From Psammoneis japonica (Eukaryota), in contig QPGO01000044.1 in NCBI GenBank assembly GCA_008632985.1, forward strand, positions 248,001-312,000: a stretch of 64,000 bases of DNA, written 5' to 3'. Positions within the stretch are counted from its first letter, which is position 1. Each line of letters begins with the position of its first letter. A program made the translations under genes and the position numbers. Positions 1 to 12,989 of this stretch are shown piece after piece. The notes below the pieces were generated by a model, which did no database searches, was not told the origin of the DNA, and was given only the letters and a program-made list of their open reading frames with translations.

Positions 1-3000
1 CACGAGTAAAAGCAAGCTGTAATGCAACGGCGCAATCCTTGTTTTTGTGAGTAGTGCAAATGTTCGAGTACGTACCCGTACTCAAATCAATCTTGAAGAA
101 CTCCTTGCTGCTGCCACCTTGGCCATTGGAGCTGCCATACAAAATACCGTCATAGATCGCCACATCTCCAAAACGATATCTTTTGTGCTCGGAACCTGTG
201 AACCTGTCCTTGACCCAAATGAAATCATCCACTTCGCCGTTTGGTTTGAAGGAAATAGCGCTGAGATTGTCTGTGTTTTCCGGAATATAAAAATACTTTC
301 CATCCATGAATGAGGCAGAAAACACTTTTCCTTTAATTCTACCCGCACGAACAATTTCATCCGCCTCAAAGTCGTAGAAGTAGAGAGCACTGGATTTACC
401 ATTTAGCTCGGCAGAAAAATAGAGGCGTTTAGAAGAAGCATCGTACGCCACGCCATTAGGCTCATTCTCAGCCTCGGGATGAAAACTCCCGGTGTCTTTG
501 ATGAGTGTTGCCGCAGGTGTTCCGGACAAGTCAATTTCGTAAATATTATCTTCCTTATTGTCATGTGTGAAACGAATTCCATAGATGGTGTCGGGCTTGC
601 ATTGAGTGGGAGAGGAAGTTGGAGAAGTAGTGGGTGCGACCGGGCACTCGCTGTCGCCACAGGTAGTGCCGAACCCCTGGAACGTGCCACCAAACTTGTT
701 TTGGCAACGGAATGTCTTGATGTCTTGGATGCATTGACCAGACTCCACGCAACAGGCGCCTTCAACTTTGCATTGATTGGCATGACAGGACTGAAAAACA
801 AACAGTGTGAGTCACATGATTAGAACCATTACTTCATTTCGACTCCACAGTGACTTTGCTCACCGTATCATCGCCTTTGTAAACACCATCGAATGTCCTA
901 CAAGACGCCTCTGAGATCCTGTAGCACTCCTTTTTGGTCTTTAAGCAACACGCTCCGACCTTTGGAGGGGTGACGAGACACGAGGCGCCCCTACAGGTTG
1001 TACCGAAACCCTGAAACGTTCCACTGAATTTGTTCCGGCATAGGAAACTCTTGGTGTCGGGGATGCAACTGCCCGATTCCAAGCAGCAGGCCCCTTCCAC
1101 AGGGCAGCGATCAGCATCACAGGACTGCAAGAATGTTGATCAGGGACGATTAGAAACAAAAGATTGTGTGGCAATGTCATCATACAGCGAAATATAGTCT
1201 TACAGTACCGTCTCCTTGATACACTCCATCGCAAGATGCCTTGGTGGTAATGTTGCATTCCTTTTTAAGCTTGGAACAGCACGCTCCTGTCTCTTCTTCC
1301 ACGGGCGTTGGACTTGGAGTGGGAGAGGAAGTAGCTACGACTGGGCACTCGCTATCGTCGCAGTTAGTACCAAAACCCTGGAATGTCCCATCTAACTTGT
1401 TTTTGCACATGAAAATTTTGCTGTCAGGAACACAGTCCCCCGACTTTAAGCAGCAGGCACCTACGATACTACAGGTGCCGCTATCACACGTCTTCAATAG
1501 GGGGATTCAAGGAGGACATCAGGTTAGAACTTAGAGTGAGTCAAATTTGGGTCAAAAGTACGAAAAAGACCACTAACCGTGTCGTCACCCTGATAAATCC
1601 CATCCTTCAAATTACACGACGCTTCTGATTCTTCCACTAAGCATTTTTTCCAGAACTTCAGACAGCAAGCCCCCTTTTTAGTCGGGACGGGACTTGGAGT
1701 GGGAGAGGAAGTAGCCACGACTGGGCACTCGCTATCGTCGCAATTAGTGCCAAAGCCTTGGAATGTCCCATCTAACTTGTTTTTGCACATAAAAATTTTG
1801 CTGTCAGGAACACAGTCCCCCGACTTTAGGCAGCAGGCACCTACGATACTACAGGTGTCGCTAGCACACGTCTTCAATAGGGGGATTCAAGGAGGACATC
1901 AGGTTAGAACTTAGAGTGAGTCAACTTTGGGTCAAAAGTACGAAAAAGACCACTAACCGTGTCGTCACCCTGATAAATCCCATCCTTCAAATTGCACGAC
2001 GCTTCTGATTCTTCCACTAAGCATTTTTTCCAGAACTTCAGGCAGCAAGCCCCTTTTTTCACACCTGTAGCCGTAGGACTCGGCGTTGTCGGGGAAGGAG
2101 TAGGGGAATGCGTTGGTGTCTCGGTTGGAGTCGGTGTAGGCACAACTGGACATACACTGTCTTCACACGTTGTTCCAAAACCCTGGAACACGCCATTGAG
2201 TTTTTTCCTGCACCTAATTCGACTTGCACCGGAGATGCACCTCCCTGAGCTCAAGCAGCAGGCACCTCTGACACTACAGAGTCCTGAAACGCAGCTCTAG
2301 AAACGAACAACAATTATGGGCAACGTTTAGCTAGAATGTTGAACACTGTTGCATGTCTTTTCGCCGCAACAGGTACTGCATTTTTTGCTCTTTCTTGCTT
2401 ACCGTGTCATCACCCTGGTAAACTCCATTTAAGATTCTGCACGAAATTTCCGAAATCGCAAAGCATTCTTTCCTGAATTTCAAACAGCACGCCCCTGTCG
2501 TCACATGTAAGGACGTTGGACGCGGTGTAATTGGAGCTGGCGTGGGATAGGGTGTCGTGTCAACAGAACAAGTTCCAAACTCGCATTTAGAACCAAAGCC
2601 CTTGAATGTTCCTGTCACATGTTGATGGATTTACAAACAAATAGAACTGATGAGAAATTCTTTGTCAGCCTCTAGCAGACCTATGTATTACAACTGATCG
2701 GCTGCTCACCCCCGTTTTGAAGACAGAATTTCTTCTTGATCACCGAGCACCTTTTCTGCCCATTGTAGGTAGCGCAGCAAGCACCACGAAGTGGGCATGT
2801 ATCTGAACCGCAACTAGTACCCTTGGGAGAATGAAAAGGGAAACAATAAGCGTAATAGGTTAAAAAACTTCAAATTGAGAATGAAAACCAAACTGAAACG
2901 AAAATCAAGACTCACCTCTCCCAGGAAGTTACCTGCTTGGCAATAGTCCTCACGGACGACTGAACAAGAACCACCTTCTAAATCGCAACAGGCACCGCGA

Positions 3001-3573
3001 GTGACGGCGGGGCATGTATAGATAGCCTTTTTTGGGTCAGCAGTTCAAGAGACAGTAGAAGATGAATGAGAATATATGGAGGACACCATTTGAAAAAGCT
3101 GCGCGAAAATTATTCACTCACACATAGGGTGTTGGGACCCTTGAAAACGCCATTACGGTTTGCACAGTTTCTTAACCTCATCACCTGACACCGTCCATTT
3201 TTTAAGCAGCAAGCCCCAATTGGAGAAAACTGAAAATGAAAATGAGAGGTGGGGCCTCCCCGAAGTATTAGACTAGTGACGATTTTCGAACGGGAAAGTA
3301 GTGAACCACGTTTCTTTTGCTTACCGTGAGGTCCCTCTGGTAGTCGGCTTCAGCAAAATTGATACCCTCCTTTGTCGAGTCATTTGCAAATTCATCGTGA
3401 TGCTCTTAGAGATAATATGGAGATGGAATGCAGCGCGAGTTTTAAAGTCAGATGATCGAAAACGCTTCATCATCAACACATGCTCATTCCAGGGATAACC
3501 GTTACGCACCTGTCGCCCCACAGAGAGCAAAAGCAAGAAAGACAACAGATACAACCTTAGAAACTGCCCTCAT
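1..3573 (-). CDS. Secreted multi-exon protein: tandem Cys-rich 'GACC...C...GxxQGxGT.C' repeats with Pro/Thr linkers, then a beta-propeller-like C-terminal domain; 3' end lies outside the window
   Basis: ATG at 3573 gives the signal-like MRAVSKVVSVVFLAFALCGAT, then a GT donor. Repeat exons (ORFs 834-1130, 1180-1497, 1524-1877, 1904-2254, 2331-2618) end in YQGDDT followed by GT. The last exon is open from about 790 to base 1 (EPNGVAYDASSKRLYFS...RFGDVAIYDGILYGSS). Confidence 0.8.
1310..2059. repeat. Near-perfect 380-bp tandem duplication (exon plus intron) inside the Cys-rich gene
   Basis: 1310-1679 matches 1690-2059, including the intron text aatagggggattcaaggaggacatcaggttagaacttagagtgagtcaa. 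Confidence 0.92.
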
Positions 3574-4084
3574 CGTCTAGCTCGCCACTTCAGTAGATGT
3601 TCTTTATTCTTCTTATTGCGAGCAAGAATTGTGAGACTGGCCGGAAAAAAATCGCGAATCGTAAGAAATCGAGGCGAAAGCAAAAAAGTTTGCATTCCAC
3701 ACTGTGCCTCTTTTTATTCGGTCATTATATAAATACATAAGTATATTCATATATATATATATATTATTTTAAACATAGAGTTATCACGTGCGTGCGTGCA
3801 TGTCGTGTGAAAAGTGAAAATACGTGTGTACGTACGTACAGTACGGTAGATAGAAGGGGGACATAATTATTATGCACCAACAAACAGTACTATACTCTGC
3901 TACAGTATGGTGCGTGTAGGTGGATGCTGTAGCTAAGACATCGCACAATTAAAATTGCAAATTCACAACAATTATTGACCCTAAATGTAAAATGTCCATG
4001 TTAGTTGTAATGCTTCGCTTGCCGCAAATGACACGTACGCGCGCATGATTCGGTCATACATGCAGCAAGTGTCGCTCACCTACT

Positions 4085-4311
4085 ACAGTGCTACAGCATT
4101 TCAATGGGAATCATTCGAAATTGTCGCGGGAGTCATAATTAGCATTTTACATAAGGAAAAATACCAAATCGTGTAGAAATGTACACAATGTCATACGAGA
4201 GGGTGATTAGAACTGCTAACTTTTCGGGAACTCAATTGAAATGTCATCTTATCAAAGGCATTTTGATTTACATGGTGAAGAGCAATGCCTTTGATCAGAC
4301 GACATTTCAAT
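4085..4311. repeat. Dispersed non-coding repeat, left part; interrupted by the ISL2EU-like element and continuing at 9270-9400; uninterrupted inverted copy at about 50960-51253
   Basis: 4101-4311 joined to 9270-9335 aligns colinearly with the reverse complement of about 50985-51253. Confidence 0.85.
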
Positions 4312-5519
4312 GGGTTTGCGGACTTTCAAAAAGCCGGTGCACCATCGGGTCATCTTTTTTCTTTTCACAAAAAAAAACATTTTTTGCATCCCGTCACTGC
4401 CGCTTCACTGCCGTTGCTTGTGTTGCCAACAGCAAGGCCTTTTCTGCTGATGCTGTCTGTCATCCACCACCCACATTTGTGCAGTTGTTGTCTGCAACAT
4501 GGGAGCGAAGGACAGGAGCAAAATGTCTTTCACAAACTTGCTTGATGGCACCCGCTTGCCACAGCTTGGAATGATTTTGCATGACATTGCACTCCAATCC
4601 TCCGCCGAAAACACGCCGAGTCGCAACCCATGTGATGTGCAACAAAGTGGGTGGCAGTCCTGCTCATCTTTTCCACTTTTTTGATTGCTTTTTTGGGGTT
4701 GATGTGGACTTTGCAATCGTGTTTGATGGAGACTCTTGTCATCACTCGAAGTGCACCACAGTCAAATGATCGGCAGATCAAAAAAAGGTCAGAGTCCAGG
4801 CAACCTAAACAAGAGCAACACACTCGCAGAGTTTGAGGAATGGCAGAACAGCAACAGAACTGGAAAAGGAAAAGGATGAGAGTCTCAACAAGAGCTTGAA
4901 ATTGAGGGAGACTCAAAGTGTTGGTGGAAGCAAGAGAACAACCGGTTTCATCCTCAGTTTGTTGCTGGTGTTTGTGACCTTGTGAAGAAATGGGAGGACT
5001 CTAGAATCAAAGCAATGGTTGCAGTCATGCAGGCTCACCAAGTGCTTGCCAAATTGGTTCTTGACAGATGTGCCAAAGTGATTGTTGGCAATCACAGTGA
5101 TTTCCCCGGCATGCATTGGTGGCAATGTTGTTTTGATCCCCGTTTTCACAAGTGTGAAGTTTGCAAGAAGCAAGTCAATCATGTCACACCATCAAGCAGA
5201 TTCTTTTCTGTTCTTGAATGAGCCATTGAAAGTGGTCCAATTTAAAAAGACAGCATTGCTCCAGCCAAGCATGCAATGCTTGACAGGCATTCACTGTGAC
5301 ATTGTTGCTCAATTGCTGTTTGTCTCAAAAACAACACTTGTGTGGGTGGCGTTCCCAATGTGGCTGCCACTGAGCTGAGTGCAGTCATTGAGGAACACAG
5401 CTGCAGTGGCAAGTGCAACAAGCTGCTTGGAGCTCTTTCTGACAAGGCAAAAAGAAAGTCAAAGAAGAATGAGGCTGAGGTGGGGGGTGTTGTCAAAATG
5501 CACTAGAAACTTTTGATGC

Positions 5520-6890
5520 CATGATGTGCAAGCCTGCAAACTTGGTTGGCCAAAATGGACCCCACAACTGCCTTTGTGGAAGGCCAGAGAAGAGTCTGCA
5601 TTGGCATTTGGAAGCATTTGTGGAAGATGACAATGATGTTGTTGATGGGCCTGCAGTGTTGGAATGTGCCAGTCATTCAGTTGGCAACGATGGAAAGCAT
5701 GTGTTCCTTGAAGTTGAGGGGTCCTTCAGTTGTTGCAGGGACAGTTGCTCAAAGGTCCTTTGTAAATTTTGTCACATGGAGTCAGACAAGAAGAAGTTTT
5801 GTTTTTGCTGCTTCCTTGAACACAATGTTGACTTGTCCTTTGATGGACCAATGATGTCACACTTGGAGCTCAAAGAGCACCACCTCTGTGCTGTGGGTGA
5901 GAAGAAGCTTTCCAAGGTGGAGGAGGCAATCAAAGGGAAGGTTGCGCATCCAACAAAACCAGCCAGTGCATTCACCAACAAGGAGCAGCTTAAGATGCAT
6001 TTGGCACTCAATTTTTCCAATGGAGGCCGTTTCTTGAGTGATCCATGTCTTTCTGATTAATCAGCAGTTGGAGTTGTAAAGATGAAAGATGCTTGGTGCC
6101 TTGGTGGACTGTTCAAAGGATCCAGAAGGAGCTCCGCGGGATGGTGCTGCAAAGAAGGAACATGCAGCACACAGTGCAGTTCTGACTTTGATTCAAAAGT
6201 TTGTTGAGGGGGACCACATGCTGACAATGGCATCCGAACATTGAAACAAACTGTGCGGCATGTGGTTGATCCAAAGACACCATCTTCACTGAGTGCCCAA
6301 GGACAAGTGTGTGAATGTGACAATGAGATTGCCTTGGCTCTTTCATCTGCAGTCCATGCCTCCATGAAAGGTGACAATCATGATGGAGCCATTGTCTTTG
6401 CAGAAAATGCATTGATTGCAGCTTCTTGCAAGTGTGACTCAGGGCCAGCAGAAGTGGATGACCAGCACATTTGTGTTCATGTTGCATCCAAACTGTGCAG
6501 TCCTGGTGTTCTCTTGCTTTTTGACAGTCTGGCCAAGCGCATTCTTTGCAAGTTGGTTTGCAGATGCAGCAAGCAAGTCAGACCCATCATTTGACAGTCC
6601 TGACAACTGTGTTGCATTCTTTGATCCCATCCAGTTGCTGGCACAAGCAAGTGGACAATTGGGTGCACCTGCCACACAATGTGCAACATTAAAGGAACAC
6701 TTGTCAGAGCTGAACGTGGGTGCCAAGAAGGACAAGATGGCACCTTGGCCATCATGCACAAAGGATCTCTGTCCATTGAAGGATTTAGTGTGTGTGTCTG
6801 CTGTGGCAAAGGCAAAGGGTGCCATTTGTAAATCTGTGATGGACTTGGGCATTGTGGCAGATGACAATGATGATTCAATGTTTTGAAGCT
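5520..6890 (+). pseudogene. Accessory ORF remnant of the ISL2EU-like element (SWIM zinc-finger type)
   Basis: VHASMK...LIAASCKCDSG...HICVHV resembles the CxC...CxH SWIM motif; the frame is broken by stops and frameshifts. Confidence 0.5.
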
Positions 6891-7449
6891 CCTTGTCCTT
6901 GGATGATTCAAGTCACTCATTGGATGACTCCAGCTTTGTTGACAAGAGCAACCTCTTCATTTGTCCCCAGCAACAACCAAGCTGCCTCTTGATTGACTGT
7001 GCTGATGAAGCAGTGTCACCTGCAATCAATGCTCATTTGCACACCAATGGACTTCCTGGTGACAAATGTCAAAGCGCACTTTGTTGAAGCCGGCTGGAAC
7101 AGCTTTGTCAGCAACAAGCTTCTGAAATGGCCAAGCACTTCTGCCAAGATAGATGGTGGTGCAGCAATGGCAAAGCCAGCACAATCATGCTCAAAAGAAT
7201 GGCATGAAGCACTCTCAGAATGTGAGCAAAGACAAGAGAAAAGAGGCAGCAACCAACATGGGAGCAGGCAATGCAAGACATCAGACAAAAAGGAGAATGA
7301 GCTTCTGGAATGAACCAACTCAAGCAATGCTGCAAACAACAAGTCTGCTGTCAAGCCACCAAATGAGAGCAAACCTTGAAAGAAAAGGCAGAGTGGCCAC
7401 TGACGCACTGTTGCAAACTGCCCATTCACTCAATGCACAAAGTTCAAGG

Positions 7450-9100
7450 TTGTGACGATGCATCCAAAGCCGCTTCCTGCAAATGCCAGTCAGGTGCAAA
7501 AAAAGAGGTTTACAAAAAAGACTTGGCATCACAAGAAGTTCCTTGACAGTTGTGGGGATGGGAACAGAAGGATGTCAAGAAGACTGAACCTGACAAGGAC
7601 CATCGCATTTGTTCTGAGCATGTCAAGGATTGCATCTTGATTCCAGTGAGTGTGTTGCACAAAAGATTCCAGCCACTTTGAGTGATGGATCCACTGTTTG
7701 CAAGAAGAAGTTGCCTTCCTTTGCCTTCACCAAGAAGTGTGCAAATGCAGTTGGCACAAAGTCCCATGCAATGACCCTTCTGCAAACTCACTCAGGATGT
7801 CCCTGGACTGCTGAGTGGCAAGTGAGTTGCTCAAAGAGAGCATCAACAACAGTGTGAAGGTGACTCCAAAGCAATCTTCTCACACAGTTTGCCCCCCCCC
7901 NCCCCCTGCTGACCCCCCCTGCTGAACAATGTGCAACAACCACCGACGGAATGCAAAGCTTGTTGTTTTCAAACATTCAACAAAATGCCACAGATGAATC
8001 TCCAAATGTGTGGGAAATCAATGCTGCAGTTTGCAAGGAAGCTGGTCATCCAGCTGCAGCTGCTCCAATTCCAACCAAGATTTTGCCTTGGCAACAAAAG
8101 AGGCAATGGGAGAATTGGGACAAACCAAGTCCCACCATGTGCAAAGCAGTGTGCAAGTCAAAGACTTGACAGCAGACAATGTCAAGCGTTGCACTGGATT
8201 CAGCAATGCATCTGCAAATGCTCTCCTGTTGCATGGTGGCTTGTGATGGTGACATTGAAACATTCAGCAAAACAGTTTCATGCTTGATGCTGATGGAGGA
8301 ATGGGTCCTTTGCTTTGAGTTTGTGTGCAGGCATGCAAGCCAAAGTGAGAAAGACAAGACCAAGGAGTGGGGTGTGTCTGGCAAGACTGTTAGAAAGATC
8401 CGCAACTTCAAAGTGAATCTTGTGTTGAGATCAAAAGAACAGTGGGCCAGCATGTGCAACATTTGAGGAAGTCAGGGAGCTCCATGATCTGAAATGGAAT
8501 GAGCAATGCAGTGATGAGAGAGTCATCTTTTGGGACAACACTGGCTGGAGTTGAAGTGTCCAAATCATCTGATCCTGAAATGCAACACCTCACATGGTCT
8601 TTGCATCACTGTGTCAATGTTGCAAAAGGTGGCATGTCAGAGCAGCTCTGTGGGTGGATGACTTCATTTGACCTTTGGTTGGGAGGAACAAGTGACAAAG
8701 AACACTTTGAAAAGAGTGAAATTTTGGAAGGGCCGAGGCTGTTCACTGTTGGTGACAAAGTGTTGAGAAAAATTGTTGCTTTTGCAAATGTGCTTGACCA
8801 AGGACAACAATGTGATCTCACAGCTTGGCAAAAAGGAAAGCAGCTGATCTTGCAACCAATCTTCAAGCCAAGCAGCCAAAAGTTCAACACACAAGAGGTG
8901 ATCCTGTCTGCAGGACTGGCCACAGATTGTTCAGGAAATGAACAAGGTGCAAAGGTTGTGAAACACTTGGCCTTTCTGAAGGTTGGCCTTCATCACTGGT
9001 CAGACGTCAGTTTTTTTTTGCAATGTGTGGCTTGCTTTTGGATTTCAGACAAACTTCATGTGTAAATCCGCAATGCTGTTGATGCATCAGAACCACTGAG
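7450..9100 (+). pseudogene. DDE transposase remnant (DDE_Tnp_4 / Harbinger-ISL2EU type)
   Basis: RVIFWDNT, NVAKGGMSEQLCGWM...LWLGGTSD, NVLDQG (cf. ILDKGY), ATDCSGNEQG (cf. DRSGNERA). Confidence 0.7.
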
Positions 9101-9457
9101 CACCAACATGTTCCATTTCTTGCACCGGCAGCCAGCAATTGGTGTTCTCATTTAGCTGGTTTTGATCAGAAGTGACACGGTGGAGGAGCAACTTGTGTCA
9201 AAGTGACAACATCAAAATGGATGGCAGGACAGACAGTGCACACATGCTTTTTACAAAGCCCGCAAACTCATTGATTTCCCGAAAAGTTGACATTCGAATG
9301 TGTGCAGGTGGACAGACTGATGACAATCATTTCTGGTCCTTTTCCACACATGTTCCATGCAATGTGACTCTGAGAGCCACAATGACTGTCATTGGAGAGA
9401 GCCACTGCAATGGGCACTGCTGTTTGTGACCTTGATTGCCTCAATCTTCCCACACAC

Positions 9458-10032
9458 AATTCTGCACATGGGCAAAATTGTCAATTGACAGTTTTTTCTG
9501 ATTGATCTGATTAAAAAATCCCGTGCACCTGAGCACCAGAGTTCTGTGTAGAATGCTTGCCTGCAAGCAGGCGCTGCACAGCAATGCTGGGCATCACTGA
9601 TTGTGGCAACCGGCATTCAACTGCAGCTCTCCATTTGAATCCATGCCAGTGTTCCATGATGACAAACAAACAAGTTCATCTCCTTCATTTTTTTGTGAAA
9701 CAGGTGACACTTCCTTCCCAAACAACCAGCTGCAACTTCTTCACCTGTTGGGGCAGAAAACATTGCCTGTTCACAAAAGTTGATGGAGACAAAGTTGGTT
9801 GCTTGTCATTGCAGAGCACTGGCATGAAGCAAGACAGAGAGCCATGCTCAAATGCCAGTTGCCGCCATCAACAATGCCTCAACACATTGCTTTGTGTTGC
9901 TCAGTGTTGTTGCATGGCACTGCCAGCAGGCCAGTCATTCTGTGCAGATTGCTGGTGCTCACCTGCATGAATTTTTTAATCAGACCAATCGGAAAAAACT
10001 GTCAACTGACAATTTTCCCCTTGTGCAAAATT
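9458..10032. mobile_element. MITE-like element with long (~160 bp) imperfect terminal inverted repeats
   Basis: 9458-9620 is the reverse complement of about 9850-10032 (ggcaaaattgtcaattgacagttttttctgattgatctgattaaaaaatc vs attttttaatcagaccaatcggaaaaaactgtcaactgacaatttt). Confidence 0.7.
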
Positions 10033-10329
10033 CTGTCAACAGTGAAGTCTTTTTCTCATTTTGCCCTGCACTGCAATTGCAGTTGACAGAAAAACTTGAC
10101 AGAGACTGGGATTGTTCCCAGTTGACTGACAAAAACAGAGAAAAAGAGAGCTGCAAGCAAGAGCAGTGAACTGGGTTGTGTCATGGCATCAGCAAAGGAG
10201 TGAGACCATGTGATTGCTGAGATCAAGATTTGGCAATCTAATGGCAACAATTAGAGACAAAAGCAGGAGAACCCTTAGAAAGGACCATTGGGTGATTGCA
10301 TTTTTGATCCTGGACAATGAGTGAAGCAT

Positions 10330-11812
10330 TGAAGGAGCCCTGCACCAGCCACAAGGCAAAATTTGAGCACTCTGACTTGGAGAGCATGTGAAATTGACTC
10401 AATCTCATGATGATGGTGCTGCTCATGCCAAGAAGTGTCCTTCTTTTGATGGCACTCATGGCATTGAAGCATTGCTGTTTGTCGAGCATTGTTTTCATGA
10501 GATTGCTGTGAAATTGGAGTTTGCAACTGGTGCAGAGTTGCTTGACAATTTTGAAGAAGTGCTGATGGACACTGCTGAGGACAAGTGGACCAACATGACT
10601 GATTCAATTCCAGACCCTCAGAAAATGGTGGCATGCTTTGACAAAGAGACGAGTTGTTTTAATTTGTCTTGTTGTGACAATGAGGCATGTGATGCAATGA
10701 TTGAACACTTGCCAACCTTGAAAAAGCCTTTTAAATCTGAAGTGCAGGTGCACACACATGGCATGGAGATGTTGACACATTGTTCCAACAAGCTCCCAGG
10801 AAACACACCTCAAGTCAATGACGCCCATGATTTTTGACAGTTCTCCTCAACCCTGGTGTGAGATGTGCACAGAGCTGGATGTTTGACAGCTGGTGATGCC
10901 CTGGTGGAGATCATCAGTTGCATGAACAACAAGAAGTTGTTTTCAGACAAGGGAAACACCAAGAAACAAGATGTGAAGAGGAAATGAACTTCTCCCCATC
11001 CAATCAAGCCTCAAGACACAGCTGTGGCAATGGCACTCATGTCAAATTGGAGTCCAGATGCCCGGCACATCCCAGTCATGATCAAAGTGGAAAGGTTGCA
11101 TCTTAAATCCTGAGAGTCAAAATTGTCAACCAAGGATGAATGACCAATGTGGTCATGGCAGTCATGGCCATGGGGAGGGGTGAATCCCAAGGCTGTGGTG
11201 ATCCGGCTGGACAAGCTCCTCCAGTTGGCTGGCAGATGGAATCACACCACTTTGATGGTGACAGAGGGCCTCACAAGATGCAAGGTAGAATGGGTGTGAC
11301 CAAGGCAGTCATCATCCCCAAGGCCAATGAAGTTGGCACAGTTGACAAGGGACAGAAGTGCCAAAGTCAGAGCATGTTGCTCAATGCATGTGATTCTTGA
11401 GCATGGTGAAGAAATGGACAGCACTTTAGAGCATGCTGTGCTGACCCCAAAAACAAGAATTCCCAAACCATTGAACATGGCACCAACAATGTTGATGGCA
11501 GCCAGAACCATGCAGAACCAAGAGAACAAGTGGGTGCTGCATGTTCTTTTAGATTCTGGTGGCACTCACTCTTTTGTGCATTTTCAAGTTTTGCCCAAAG
11601 GAGCAAGCTTGATGATGAACAATGAGGAGCAAATGAATTTTGAAACAGCCAGCAGGACAGTGTGAATCTTCTTGTTACATTCTCATGAAGGATTTGGCTC
11701 CACCAGAGTTTGACAAGTCCAAACAAGTTGATGGCATCACGGCTCAAATGTTCGATTCACCATTCAAGTGTGATGTGACATTGGGCCAAGATTTTCTTGC
11801 TCAAGCCAGAAT
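10330..11812 (+). mobile_element. Ty3/Gypsy fragment (gag and aspartic protease), truncated and degenerate
   Basis: Gag-like FDGTHGIEALLFVE...NFEEVLMDTAEDKW; protease VLLDSGGTHSFVH and CDVTLGQDFL (cf. YDIILGRDFL). Confidence 0.7.
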
Positions 11813-12989
11813 TGTGCTGTGGAAGCATTGGTGTGCTGTGTGCTTGTTGTGGTGTTGTGTCCCTCAGCGTTCCCACCTGTTTTTTTTTTTTTGCAGAAAA
11901 AAATGTTTGCACATGGACGTTGGTGTGTGTCATGTGCAGCAATCAATGCTCACACATTGTTCATTCACTGCATTTCAACATGTCAAAAATGCAAATGCTC
12001 TGTGTGCAATGACCCATGCAACATGCAGAGTCCATGTGTGATTGCACACCCGCAAACATGCATGTTTGATTTTTCCAATTTTCCATGACTTGTCAAGATG
12101 CAATGACAATGGTGACTGCAAACACAATGTGCTCCATCAATGACCATGGGCTCACCACAATGCCAACACATGTCATTGTCATGCAATTTCACATGTCTGT
12201 GGCTCACTGTGCTTTGAAGTTGATTGATCACAGTGAAAACAGCTGAAATGTTCAACATTTGCCCATCACTTTTCGACCACACAAGTCAACAATGATCCCG
12301 TTACACTCTCACATGCCAATTTTACTGTGCACAAGTTCATGAGATGCAACATGCTGCTGATTGTTGTGGCCCTTCAAGCCAACACCATCAAAAAACCAGC
12401 GATGGCAGAGTTGCCATGGTGATGTGGTTTCTGTGGTTTTTGGCTGTGTGGCACGCTGTTTGCAGGGCCCCACCTGCAGCAAATTTGCACTGAAACTGAG
12501 TTGTGCTTGTCAAGTTAGTGTGGCTTCCACTGCATGCATCATGTGCCAACCATTCTCAGTGGTGGGGCCAGCAGCAAAAAAAAATTGTGACCCAGCAGAA
12601 AAAATGGCTCAGCTCAGTTTGAATGTGTTGTCCTTCAGCATTTGTGTGTCTGTGGAAAAATGCTTCTTCTGACCGGCAGCAGCAAAAAGCAAATCACAGG
12701 CTCTCCACTGTTGCTGCAGCAGAGCCAGAGCAAGCCAGTGGCTGCTGTGCTCTGGAGAGAGCAGCTGCCACTGGTGGCCAGCTCTGTGGCAGAGAGTGCT
12801 CTGCTCTGGCATCAGCCAGCTCTCAGAGAGAGAGAGGTTAAAAAAAAAACAGATCCAATTTTTAAAGTGCTGTCACTCCTTTGCCAGCTGCGCCAGCACA
12901 CCAGCCAACACCCACACTTCCAGTGCACCACATCAGTGCAGCTGAAGGGGACAAGAACTGGCTGGAAGGGGCGTCACCAGATGGTGACA

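Larger units (their letters stand above)
4312..9269 (+). mobile_element. Degenerate ISL2EU/PIF-Harbinger-group DNA transposon with TIRs and AT target-site duplication
   Basis: TIRs GGGTTTGCGGACTTTCAAAAAGC (4312) and GCTTTTTACAAAGCCCGCAAACTC (ends 9269). AT on both sides (4310-4311, 9270-9271). The empty site is visible in the repeat copy near 51040. Contains SWIM-finger and DDE transposase remnants. Confidence 0.75.

Noticed and set aside
7892..7920. Poly-C tract with an N as a functional G-quadruplex or junction
   Set aside because: The ambiguous base indicates local assembly uncertainty.
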